Assembly (NCBI RefSeq): GCF_009914755.1
Contig: NC_060944.1
DNA length: 64,000 bases
Strand: one strand, 5' to 3'
DNA from: the human T2T-CHM13v2.0 reference genome, Homo sapiens
This document shows positions 41,032 through 59,927 of this stretch, piece by piece. Both the position numbers and the translations under genes were made by a program. Below the pieces are notes generated by a model, which searched no databases, had not been told where the DNA came from, and saw nothing but the letters and a program-made list of their open reading frames with translations. Within the stretch, counting starts at the first letter, position 1; every line of letters begins with the position of its first letter.

Positions 41032-41343
<312 letters not shown>

Positions 41344-42760
41344 TAAACTTTTTTTATCTTAAAATCTTATTTACAGAATTAAATATTTTGTTCATATAAA
41401 CAGAGAACATTTATCAGGGTTTATTATATGCTTTGGACTAGGTTAGAGAGAGGATGGTTGGCTATGGTATTTATATGAGGAGCACTTTGTAAATTTAAGA
41501 CCGAATTGTTGCAAACTGATGTAGCTAAATTCATATGTTCGGTGACTGTTACAATAGTTATTTAGGTTTCAAATATTCACATCTAAATATTACAAAAATT
41601 CCTCAAGTGTGAATTCTACTTTAAAGTCATTCAAACATGACCTTACAAAAGCAAGTTGACATGAGCTATTTTATATCCCCCACTCTGTTCGTGGCATTCA
41701 TTTTAGAAGCCCGTAAGCTCACCTCCTCCAGGGGATTCCCCTTGCTTGCAGTTACATGTGATATAGGTGACTGTATCTACCTAGTGCTGATGGATTCATC
41801 TTTAGTTTTTATTTTATTCCTCACAAGTCTCTGTTTACATGCTATTTTATAAGAAGCTCTAACTAATTTTCATATGTGTATGATACACAGCCTGTGTAGG
41901 TCTTAAGTATTTTTAGCATTCAGGCATCAAGACAAGAGCTTCAGGTACTGATGTCCAAATTGAAGGTGGGTTCATATGTTATAATAATAAATAATGCTAG
42001 TAGTTAGTTATAATAATAAAGCAGTTTGCTTGCTATCTCGTGAACTGTGAATTTTTGGCTGATTGGACATAGGAGAGTGTCTACCAAAATCAACTATGTA
42101 TTGAAATAATTAATATGAGCCTTTCTTTCTGGTAGAAAAAAATTATTTTGCTACTCCAGATGTACAGCCTTCTAGATTCAGTTATCACCAATTAAGCTCA
42201 AAATGTAAGAAATTGAATCTGGTTTTCTCAGAACTTGCTTCTGCTTCCCGAAAGCCAAGTAAGTGATTAAACAAACAGTTCAGTTAATTGAGGAGTTTGA
42301 GAAACTCTGTTTCTGTTCTGTTCCATGTATGGAAATTCCTCTCTTGCCCTCTTGTAGCTTTACATTTTCATCAAAATAACATCAAAAAGGATACTATAAA
42401 TTAAAATTTCCAAACTTTTAGCTTTTTTTGCTTATTTACCTGAAGCTCCAGTCCTTCCCAATTAGAACTTTGTAACAGTGGGCACTGCCCCTGGACACAT
42501 TTTCAGATGTAGTCTTGGTATTCAGAGGACTTTGGCAAGAAAGTGGCTGCCAGTGACTATTAAGAGGCATAACCACTTTGCTTGGCACGATGGGTTATAA
42601 TGTGTCTCTGGGGTGCTAGGATAGCCTATCTTGAGTGGGCGATTAAAGAGTATGTGTCAGTATTTGTAGAAGGGTTGTTCCTAAAGAACTAGAGTGCATG
42701 CAACATGGGCACGTGGGAGCAGATGGACCCTCAAGCGGTCCAATCCCTTGAGTCCTAAGG

Positions 42761-42845
42761 TTTTTTTATTATTATTATTATTATACTTTAAGTTTTAGGG
42801 TACATGTGCACAACGTGCAGGTTTGTTACATATGTATACATGTGC
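42761..42845 (-). mobile_element. Extremely 5'-truncated L1PA3-5 3' tip
   Basis: (tta)n then tactttaagttttagggtacatgtgcacaacgtgcaggtttgttacatatgtatacatgtg; TSD-like ctaag(g/t)ttttttt on both sides. Confidence 0.9.
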
Positions 42846-42974
42846 TAAGTTTTTTTTAAATCAGTCCATGCCCTCTATGATTTTTTTAAGCCACTACTTA
42901 TTGAACACCTCCTAGGTTCCAAGCACTGTCCCCATGGCTTTATTTGTGTTGTCTCATCTAATTTCCGTAGCTGA

Positions 42975-43434
42975 TGCTGCAGTGTCCTGTGCATATACCT
43001 AAACACCCACCATCCTTTACACACTGTCAGCTTCCTACCAAAATCACATGCATCTCTCTATTTGGGTTTTTTTTTAATTCTTTGGCCATAGGAGCATGAT
43101 AAACCATGCATAGATCAGACCAGATGTGCTGGAGAGTTACCACCCTTGAGGTCATCTCCCAGCCAATAATAGACAGGACATGATGAACAATATCCTAGCT
43201 TCCCAGCCTTTCAGGTGGGACAAATCTTGAGCGTGTTCTGTAATGTCTCCTAGAAGTCTCAGCAGGCTTTTTGCCCCAGTGCCCTCAGCATATCCTGTCC
43301 ACTCATGCACTCTATGTTGACTTCCTTCGTCCTCTGTCTCACTTTCTACCTCCCTACTCTCCCAGTTTCTTGAGATCACCCTGCAGATAATCCTTGTTTT
43401 GAGATGAGCTTCTGAAGGGAGAAAAAAATAAGAC
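42975..43434 (+). mobile_element. ERVL-class LTR (LTR16-like)
   Basis: cagcctttcaggtgggacaaatcttgag...gagatcaccctgcagataatccttgttttgagatgagcttctg...taagaca. Confidence 0.65.
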
Positions 43435-43502
43435 AATCTTCATACACTTTTGATAAACCATTTTTATTCCCATTTTATAGACAAGGAGACTAGGACTCAA
43501 AG

Positions 43503-43854
43503 TGCTGTGGACTGAGTGTGCTCCCCTCAAATTCACTGTCGAAATCCTAACCCACAATGTGGTGGTATTAGGAGGTGGAATATTTAGTGGGTAGTTAAGT
43601 CCTAAGGGTGGAGCCCACATGAAAGGGATTAGAGTCCTTATAAAAGAGACCCCAGAGAGCTCCCTCACCCTGTTCCTCCATGCAGGGACACAGTGAAAAG
43701 GCAAATGTCTGTGAACCAAGAAGCAAGACACTGAATCTGCCAGAGCCTTGATCCAGCACTTTTCAACATCCAGAACTGTGAGCAATAAACTTTTGTTGTT
43801 TCTAAGCCACTCTGCCTATGGTATACTGTTATAGCAGTCTTAATGGACCAAGAC
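43503..43854 (+). mobile_element. MLT1A0-like solo LTR inserted in a MIR (MIR arms ~43445-43502 and ~43855-43950)
   Basis: tgctgtggactgagtgtg...ccttataaaagagaccccagagagctccctc...gttatagcagtcttaatggaccaagaca; flanks cccattttatagacaaggagactaggactca and taagtaacttgcccaagatc. Confidence 0.88.
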
Positions 43855-45225
43855 ACCGAGTAATTAAGTAACTTGCCCAAGATCGTATCACTAATAAGTA
43901 GGAGAACTGGATTCAGTTTCACCTATACCTGTAGTTTCACTACAGCACACTGCCTTATACAATTAAAAGAGTTACTTTTCCGTGGAGATGGCACACAGAT
44001 ATGGATTCATGGACACAAACATCTAGAATCTGCACGTTCTTTCTTACTAAACTGATTTTCCAGTTTTTACATCTTCACGGGGAATTTTCTTGTTTCTTGC
44101 TCATTTGTAACATAGTAAGTTTGGTTGCAGCTTTGTGCATGATGCATACATGGTCGCCCAGTTAAGGTGACCACAATCTTATATTATCACAATATTCTAT
44201 ACATGGCATGCTGGCTAGCTTCCCTGTCTCCTGCAGATCTGCTGTCTAATCCCCTTCACTCTACTCTCTGTTGCCCTATAAAACTGACAAAATCCCACAC
44301 GTGAGCAAGAAGTCATGGAACCCAAAGGTCCCAAGTTCTGCTTTTTCCAATCATACTGTGGTAGTAACTGAAATCAGTTTTTCAAAAGAGTCAAAATTAG
44401 GTAGTGGGATATGATGAGCAAATACCTTTTGGATCCTTGATATAAAAACAAAATTCTCTGTTTCATATTGTAATAAAAATGCATTTAAAAGGAGTTAAAG
44501 AAAAATATGACCAAAGAGAGAGAAGTCTGCATTTTTAGATGCCCCAGAACAGAAGCACATGTTAAAATGTCATATTTTTCAAGTTCTCAAGATAAAAAGT
44601 AGGGCTGAATGCTTAAAAGTACAAAATGGGTATTTTTAGCTGTGGAAATGCGTAATGGAAAAAAAACAGATATGGGGAAATTGATAAGGTAAGCAGAAAG
44701 AGAGCAAATATCCAAGTAAATACAGGACATTTGCATGAGCAGAGCCAGGGAGAGAAAAGAGGAATTAGAAGGTAAAGAAAAAATAAAGTCATTTTTTACA
44801 GGCTCCATAGATTATGCCAAAAGAAAAAAGGGAATTCTGGCAGGGTGGGTGGGGGGAGGGGTATGACTCTTAACAATGTCCTTCCTTGTTTAATAAAATT
44901 TTACCCACATTGAAGGCTCAGATCCACAGCCTTTTCCTCAACTAACTGACATTGTCTTAGTTAACTAATAACTTTGGGATTCACTTTTCCTTGTCTTTCA
45001 AAATAATGTCCACCTTCTTAGTTTTAGATGAGCACTTTGAAGCATGGGTACCTCTCTGGCTTGCCTTCCAGCCCCACTCAAACACCCAATCCTCTGGTAT
45101 AGTCCTTTTGCATATTGTCAATTCTATATAGGGGTCATGCAATGCTTGACCTGGTCCATTCCCTCACCACCTCTCATCCCATCCATCTGGTTTACACCCA
45201 CTTGTTCTTTAAGAACAACCAATGA

Positions 45226-45519
<294 letters not shown>

Positions 45520-46544
45520 TTATGTTAAGTCTCCTTATTAGCTGCACTCAACAAGCCCTGTACCATCCTAAGTGGAGGTTAATATAGAGATTATCACATG
45601 GGATCTCAATTGCCTGTTTACTGCTCACTCTCATTCAATAAACTAGAAATTTCTTAAGGGTGTCAGGCTGTATTTCATTTATTTTTGTGTATCCAGAGCT
45701 TGACTGAGACACTTAAGGAGGTAGCAGGGGATTCATGTTAAACTGAATCAAATTAAATATGTTAAACATGATATTTGATTGAATAGATTTCTAAAGTCTT
45801 CCTTGGCTCCACAGTTCCCTAATTCTTTGTCCCAGGAGGTTTCCAGACATCATTTTGGATATTTGTCCTTAGATGTCTCAACATGAGGTAAAGTAAGGCA
45901 AGTGGGGTTATACAAATTGTACCCAATATAACAGAGTCACCAACAGGCCAATATCTGTGTAGCCGCCACAGCCCAGTAAGCCTGGCAAAGCTCAAACAGG
46001 ATCTCTTTTTAATGAATCTAAGTGGATGCTTCACACAATCAGGTTTAATTTTTGTGGATTAGTACTTATTTTATGGCGATGGTAGGCTGAATCACCTGCT
46101 TTTCTCAGATGTGTGCCTTTCAGATGGCCCAGGCTGGCAGAGGGTCCAGCACTCAGCTCACAGGAAACTGGGTCGCCTATGATACGATGTCACATCTTTT
46201 AAGATTTGGCAGTTTGGGAGGGAGCGGGTTGTGCACAGCAATCAGATGGAATTTACTGCTAGTAGATGGCGATTTGTTGCATTTTGCATTCTCCGTTGTA
46301 CAATGTCTTTGATTGCTAGCACTGCCATTTCAGGTTTGACATCTTTCTATGGGGAACATCTGTGGCATGTAGCATTTTCCTCCGTACTGACAAGAAAGCA
46401 GACAAGACACTGCTAATTTTTTAAAATCACATGATACAGTGACATATACAGTAACAGTTATGCTGTATCTAGGCTTGAATTATTTTTCAACATTATTTGA
46501 CAGCTACTAGTTTCTTATCTGGCTGCTTTCTCTAAGTTGTTGGG

Positions 46545-46662
46545 TTTTTTTATTTTTATTTTTTTATTTTATTAATATTATACTTTAAGTTTTAGGGTAC
46601 AAGTACACAATGTGCAGGTTTGTTACGTATGTATACATGTGTCATGTTGGTTTGCTGCACCC
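46545..46662 (-). mobile_element. Extremely 5'-truncated L1PA 3' tip
   Basis: T-rich tail then tatactttaagttttagggtacaagtacacaatgtgcagg...gctgcaccc; TSD agttgttg at 46535-46542 and 46663-46670. Confidence 0.9.
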
Positions 46663-47796
46663 AGTTGTTGATTTTTTTTGTTTGTTTGTTTTAAACTTAC
46701 ATCTTTGTGTCAACCTGGACTTCCTGGACTCTGATCTGAGGCTAAAATGATAGTTTTATTTTTCTCATTTCCTCTGGGGACATGGCCTTTTAAATGTGGC
46801 CCCCAGCCATGCAGAAAAGCCACAAAAGGGTCATCAGGGCCCATTCTTCTCCCAGCCCTCCCATTTCTTCTGTACGTTTTCCTTTTGATGTTTACTGTTA
46901 TAATCTCCATCTCAAAATCTACCATGGTTTTTGTGGTGTTCCAGGTTGTCCCGGATAGGAAGCATGGTTCGGCAAACCGGTCTACACCAAACCTCAGTCA
47001 TTTTGTGCTTGAATTCCTTTCCTTTCCTGTCATACACAATGAAATTATCTCTGTGTAATTACTCTCAATTAGGAGTAGCATCAAATGAGTCCCTACTGGA
47101 AAAATTTCAGGCATCAATGGTAGTTTTGGGGAATGAAGGATTAAAAAGTCATCCACATACCTCCAAATAAAACTGGTCCTACCTTTTCCTACAGTACCTG
47201 ATGTGACTATAGAGCACTGAACTGGCTGTCCAAATATTGGTTCTAGTTAATACACTACAATGCTGTGGGACCCTGGGCAGGATGACTGACCACTTTGGCC
47301 ACAGTTTTCGCAAGTGTGAAAGAAGGGAATGTATATTAAATGGTAAACACATTGCTTACAGATCCAAAATGCCACATAGTAGTGAATGGAATTTTCGAGA
47401 ACATTTCAAAAACTTTCCCACACTTTGACATAAGATGACAAAACTAATGACAAGGCAACTCACTCTGGAGATTTATTATAATAATGACATTCTATTTGTT
47501 TTCTACCAAATAAGACATAAATACAACAAAAAACAAACAACAAAAATAAACATAGAATACAGGTCTCATTGTGGTGTAGCAATTTTTTTCCCACCAATAT
47601 TTTGGTCGAGATTATTTTAATTGTTACCCATTTTGTACCAGACTTTGTGGATTTTTTGGTAAGATATTCCTAAGAAAAATAGTATCTCCTTGGAAGTTTG
47701 GTTTCTGGTGATATTTATTTCAGTTTCTAACATAAGATATGTGTTGGCTTAGACCAGGCACTGCCATCTTTACAGCTATGTAGGGTATTGGATTCC

Positions 47797-48346
47797 GTGT
47801 GACAAATTATGACAACTCATTCTCTGACATTCCTCCCATGCGGAAATGAGGTCTGTGTTCTCCTCTCCCTGATCTGGGCAAGCTCTGGGACTCCTTTGAG
47901 TAACAGAATGGAGCAGAAGCGACACAAGATGCCCCCAGACCCATCCCATAAGACACTGGCAGCTTCTACTTCCTGTCTCCTGGAACACTCACTCTAAGAC
48001 TGCTCTTCCCAAGGAAACCTTGCTGTCATGTAAGAAATAGAAGTGTGACTGCCCTGAGGCCACCATGCCATTAGAAGCCCAAGCCACATAAAGAAGCTTT
48101 TGATGAAACACCATGTGAAAAGAGAAAGAGGCCAAGGGATACTAACACACGAGACATGTGGATGAAGAAGTCATCTGTGATCTGATTGCTCTAGCCCCTG
48201 CAGCTCCAGCTGATGTCACATGAACCAGAGAATAAGCACTTAGCCAAACTCTTCCTAAATTCCCAACTCTCAAAAACATGGGCAAAATAAGATGTTTAAC
48301 CACTATGTGCGGAGTAGATTGTTAAACAGAAATGGGTACCTGGAAC
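47797..48346 (+). mobile_element. MLT1G/H-like MaLR solo LTR
   Basis: ctgacattcctcccat...gtgactgccctgaggccaccatgc...aagcccaagccacat...cttcctaaattcccaactctcaaaaacatgggcaaaataa. Confidence 0.78.
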
Positions 48347-48955
48347 GAGCCACCAGGACCTCTGAGAAAGATGACAGTTCTCCTTTTTATGCAAAAATTA
48401 TGAGTGGTTAAGTGTAAATCCATGACCTTCTGCTACAGGCAAAAACAGCTGGCCCTGTGACCAAGAGCCTCTTTTAGTGGGAATCAACAGGACACTGCTC
48501 CTTCATAAAGTCAAATATTTGCCTCTGCTAATGAAGCTGTGGAGGCTCTCTTTTACCAATTGTTTGGAAGAGCTTAATGGATCTAAAATCTCAGGTGGAG
48601 TGTGTTTGGACAGAAATGTGGGTAACGTTCTTTGAGCAGTGTTGTAAAAGCATGAATCAGCAGAACACCACTTCACTTGAGAACAGGATTTGGGGAGTAG
48701 AAATAACTGATAAAGCATCACAGATGGCCATAAGTAACCTTCTTCTATCCTAGGATGCCCCGTGATGCACTCTGTTTTGCAGTGCAGAACCTCATTGCTA
48801 GACTTCATTTTGGAACTAGAGGAATTTTGGCCAGCTTGAGCCTATGCTGTAATTATTTTTATAGTTCTTTCTATGTTGCTTTTTTCTCTCTACTTAATTT
48901 GTGGGAGTAATTCCTTCTAGTTGCCAGTTTTGGGGGCTTGTAAAATTTATTAGCT

Positions 48956-51112
<2,157 letters not shown>

Positions 51113-51139
51113 AATATGATCAGCTCTTTTTGATTTGTT

Positions 51140-53785
51140 TTTTAATTAATAGACTTTTTGATAGAGTTTTAAGTTTGCTGAAAAAAATTGAGAAGTAGAG
51201 TTCCCGTATACCCCTCAATCTCCACCAATATATTTTTAATATCTTGCATTAATGTGGTACATGTGTTAAACTGATGGGCCAATATTGATTCATTATTATT
51301 ACCTAAAGTCCAGAGTTCACATTATGGTTTAGTCTTTTGTTGTACAGTCTAGGGGTTTTGAAAAATGCATAAAGACATATCCACTATTATAGTATCATAC
51401 CGTTTTAGGTTTACAAAATTAGGGCAAAGATAGTACAGAGAGTTTCTGTATATCTCACAATCAATTTAGCTTTTTATAAACATCATACATTATTATGGTG
51501 TATTTGTCACAATTATTGAACCAATATTGATACTTATTATCTGAAGTCTATTCTTTATTGATTTCCTTAGTTTTTACCTAATGTCCTTTCTTCTTCTTGT
51601 TTCAGGATACCACATTACACTTAGTCTTCACATCTCCATTAGCTTTTCTTGGCTGTGACAGTTTCTCAGACTTTTCTTGTTTTGATGATCTTGAAATTGT
51701 TCAGTATTTTGTAAAATGTTCCTCTCTTGGCATTTTTCATCATTAAACTAGGATAATGTGTTTTCAGGGAGGAAAACCTCAGAGGTGAAGTGCTATTCTC
51801 ATCACATCCTATCAAGGAACATACTATCAGTGTGATTCATCACTGTTGACATTACCTTTGATCATCTGGCTCGAAATATCTTTGCCAGGTCTTTCCACTG
51901 TAAACTTACCCATTATATCTCCCTGCTTTTCCGTACTGTACTCTTTGGAAGAAAGTCACTATGTAAAGGCCACACTTAAGGACTAGTAAACTATGCTTTA
52001 CCTTCTTATGGAAAGAATATTTACAGAAATTATTTAGAATTCTTTGGTGCAGGAAATGTATTTATTCTCTCTCATTTATTTGTTTATTCATTTCTTTATA
52101 TTCATATGGATTCAAGGACTTTTATTTTATTTTATATGTTGGATTATAATCCAATGCTACTTGATTGATTGCTCAAATTTTTGCAACTTTGACCATTGGG
52201 AGCTCTTTCAGTTGGCTACTGTGCACCTTGGCATACCCCATCCTTATAGGTTTGGATTTTTTGTTTTGCTTGGTTTCTTTTTCATCACTTCCTTACTTTC
52301 TGCACTGCAAGATGCTCTAGGTTATCTCGTGTATTTTATTCCCCAGTCCTAGAATCAGCTATTTCTCCAGGAACCCTTTGTTCTTTTTACAGGAGAATGA
52401 TATTAGAAACCAAAATCTGGACACTAACTTGCTCACTACTGCTGAGATGCCATTGCTTCTGCTTGCTCCCTGTGGAAAGAGATATATGTGTATATACTAA
52501 CCCATGTATGTAAACATATCTATAAATATTTCTATATGTAACCATCTGTGTCTATATTGACCTAAACATAAGTTCATACTTATGTCAATACTAATCCATT
52601 ACCATATGGATTGTTCTAGTCTCTTTCTACTTGCTTATCTATAATCTTTAACACCAATAATGAGAAACACAGATCCCATTATTTGCCATCCATTACTTGT
52701 TTACTTCTAGTATACATGTGTAGCAGTTTCAGAATTGTTAACCTATGCCTGTACAGAAAATAACTTTATAAGTTAGAGCACAGTTTTAATGTACAGTTCC
52801 TTTTGCCTTTAGTTTTACAGGCTCCATCATTTCCAAAGTTTTCCTTGGTTTATCATTTTACCCAACCTCTTTCAGTGAGATTTCATATATTCATACTTAG
52901 ATATTTTTATGACATTCTGCATTGTATCCTGGGATCCCCTGAACTCCTAAATTATTTTTAAAATTTGTATACTTTAATATTTAATCATTATGCTGTGAAG
53001 TTCTGTGAGTTTTCAAATGCTTAATGCCTTGTATTTACCATTACAGTATCATACAGAATAGTTTGACTCCCCTATAAATTCCCCTGTTCTTCACCTGTGC
53101 AACCTCTGAAATCCCTGGAAATTACTGATCTGTTTGCTGTCTCTACAGTTTGCCTTCTCCACATTGTCATCCAGCTGGAATCACTCAGTATACAGCTTTT
53201 TCAGACTGGCCTCTTTCACTTAGCAATATGAATTTTAAATTTATTGATCTTTTTGGTAGTTTGAACACTCACTTATTTTTATTGCTTTGTAATATTCTAT
53301 TGTGTCTATGTACCAGAGTGTGTTTATGCATTTACTTCTTAAAGGACGTTTTCTTTGCTTTCACTTTTGGGCTATTTTGATAAAACTGTTTTAAAAACTC
53401 ACATGCTGGTTTTATGTGGACCTAAGTTTGCAAACTTAAATACATAGGAGCATTATTTCTAGATTGTTTGGTAATCTTTGTAGCCATTTTGAGAAGTTGC
53501 TGTATCATTTTCGCATTCCCACCAATGAATGGAAATTTCTGTTGCTCCACATCCTTGCCAGTAGCAGGTATTGCTGTTTCATTTTTCACTTTGCTTTGCT
53601 TTTGTTTTTGCCATTCTAATGGGTGTGTACGTAGTCATATCTTATCATTTTGTTAATTTGCAATTCCCTAATTATAGTTAGTTAAGCATTTTTCATATGC
53701 TAATTAGCCATCTACATATCTTCTTTGGTAAGGTGTCTGTTCAGATATTTTGTCCACTTTTTTACTTGAATTGTTTGGTTTTTAT
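51140..53785 (-). mobile_element. Old L1MC/L1MD-like 3' regions (nested fragments)
   Basis: agagttcccgtataccc...gccaatattgattcattattattacctaaagtcca...tttcagactggcctctttcacttagcaatatg...ttctttggtaaggtgtctgttcagat. Confidence 0.8.
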
Positions 53786-54018
53786 TTTTTTGTTTTCTTT
53801 TTGTTTTATTATTATTATACTTTAAGTTTTAGGGTACATGTACACAATGTGCAGGTTAGTTACATATGTATAAATGTGCCATGCTGGTGTGCTGCACCCA
53901 TTAACTCGTCATTTAGCATTAGGCATATCTCCTAAAGCTATCCCTCCCCGCTCCCCACACCCCACAACAGTCCCCAGAGTGTGATGTTCCCCTTCCTGTG
54001 TCCATGTGTTCTCATTGT

Positions 54019-57852
<3,834 letters not shown>

Positions 57853-57900
57853 CTATTTTGCTCGTTAGTTGATGCAGTTTCTTCCTAGCCTCGATGGTCT

Positions 57901-58914
57901 TTACAATTTGGCATGATTTTACGTGGCTGGTACCGGTTGTTCCTTTCCATGTTTAGTGCTTCCTTCAGGAGCTCTTTTAGGGCAGGCCTGGTGGTGACAA
58001 AATCTCTCAGCATTTGCTTGTCTGTAGAGTATTTTATTTCTCCTTCACTTATGAAGCTTAGTTTGGCTGGATATGAAATTCTGGGTTGAAAATTCTTTTC
58101 TTTAAGAATGTTGGATATTGGCCCCCACTCTCTTCTGGCTTATAGAGTTTCTGCCGAGAGATCCACTGTTAGTCTGATGGGCTTCCCTTTGTGGGTAACC
58201 CGACCTTTCTCTCTGGCTGCCCTTAACATTTTTTCCTTCATTTCAACTTTGGTGAATCTGACAATTATGTGTCTTGGAGTTGCTCTTCTTGAGGAGTATC
58301 TTTGTGGCGTTCTCTGTATTTCCTGAATCTGAATGTTGGCCTGCCTTGCTAGATTGGGGAAGTTCTCTCGGATAATATCCTGCAGAGTGTTTTCCAACTT
58401 GGTTCCATTCTCCCCGTCACTTTCAGGTACACCAATCAGACGTAAATTTGGTCTTTTCACATAGTCCCATATTTCTTGGAGGCTTTGTCCATTTCTTTTT
58501 ATTCTTTTTTCTCTAAACTTCCCTTCTTGCTTCATTTCATTCATTTCATCTTCCATCACTGATACCCTTTCTTCCAGTTGATCGCAACAGCTCCTGAGGC
58601 TTCTGCATTCTTCACGTAGTTCTCGAGCCTTGGCTTTCAGCTCCATCAGCTCCTTTAAGCACTTCTCTGTATTGTTTATTCCAGTTATACATTCTTCTAA
58701 ATTTTTTTCAAAGTTTTCAACTTCTTTGCCTTTGGTTTGAATTTCCTCCTGTAGCTCGGAGTAGTTTGATCGTCTGAAGCCTTCTTCTCTCAACTCGTCA
58801 AAGTCATTCTCCATTCAGCTTTGTTCCGTTGCTGGTGAGGAGCTGCGTTCCTTTGGAGGAGGAGAGGTGCTCTGCTTTTTAGAGTTTCCAGTTTTTCTGC
58901 TGTTTTTTCCCCAT
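57901..58914 (-). pseudogene. ORF1: LINE-1 ORF1, disrupted
   Basis: ATGGGGAAAAAACAG at 58914, a 2-nt deletion frameshift near the start, MENDFDELREEGFRR coiled-coil/RRM peptide, premature TAA at 58140. Confidence 0.96.
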
Positions 58915-59486
58915 CTTTGTGGTTTTATCTACTTTTGGTCTTTGATGATGGTGATGTACAGATGGGTTTTTGGTGTGGATGTCCTTTCTGTTTGTTAGTT
59001 TTCCTTCTAACAGACAGGACCCTCAGCTGCAAGTCTGTTGGAGTTTGCTAGAGGTCCACTCCAGACCCTGTTTGCCTGGGTACCAGCAGCAGTGGCTGCA
59101 GAACAGTGGATTTTCCTGAAACACGAATGCTCCTGTCTGATCATTCCTCTGGAAGTTTTGTCTCAGAGGAGTACCCAGCCATGTGAGGTGTCAGTCTGCC
59201 CCTACTGGGGGGTGCCTCCCAGTTAGGCTGCTCAGGGGTCAGGGGTCAGGGACCCACTTGAGGAGGCAGTCTGCCCATTCTCAGATCTCCAGCTGCATGC
59301 TGGGAGAACAACTGCTCTCTTCAAAGCTGTCAGACAGAGACATTTAAGTCTGCAGAAGTTACTGCTGTCTTTTTGTTTGTCTGTGCCCTGCCCCCAGAGG
59401 TGGAGCCTACAGAGGCAGGCAGGCCTCCTTGAGCTGTGGTGGGCTCCACCTAGTTCGAGCTTTGTTTACCTAAGCAAGCCTCGGCA

Positions 59487-59702
59487 ATGGCGGGCACCCC
59501 TCCCCCAACCTCACTGCCGCCTTGCAGTTTGATCTCAGACTGCTGTGCTAGCAATCAGTGAGACTCCGTGGGCGTAGGTCCCTCCAAGCCATGTGCGGGA
59601 TATAATCTCCTGGTGTGCCCTTTTTTAAGCCCGTCGGAAAAGCGCAGTATTGGGGTGGGAGTGACCCGATTTTCCAGGTGCCATCTGTCACCCCTTTCTT
59701 TG
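59487..59702 (+). pseudogene. ORF0: L1 antisense ORF0, prematurely terminated
   Basis: MAGTPPPTSLPPCSLISDCCASNQ then TGA at 59559-59561; the same frame continues VGVGPSKPCAGYNLLV...GVTRFSRC. Confidence 0.85.
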
Positions 59703-59927
59703 ACTACGAAAGGGAACTCCCTGACCCCTTGCGCTTCCCGAGTGAGGCAATGCCTCGCCCTGCTTCAGCTCGCACATGGTGCGCTGCACCCACTGTCCTG
59801 TGCCCACTGTCTGGCACTCCCTAGTGAGATGAACCTGGTACCTCAGATGGAAATGCAGAAATCACCTGTCTTCTGCATTGCTCATGCTGGGAGCTGTAGA
59901 CCGGAGGTGCTCCTATTCAGCCATCCT

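Noticed and set aside
48503-48808. 101-aa ORF as a processed pseudogene
   Set aside because: No recognisable protein, poly-A or TSD.
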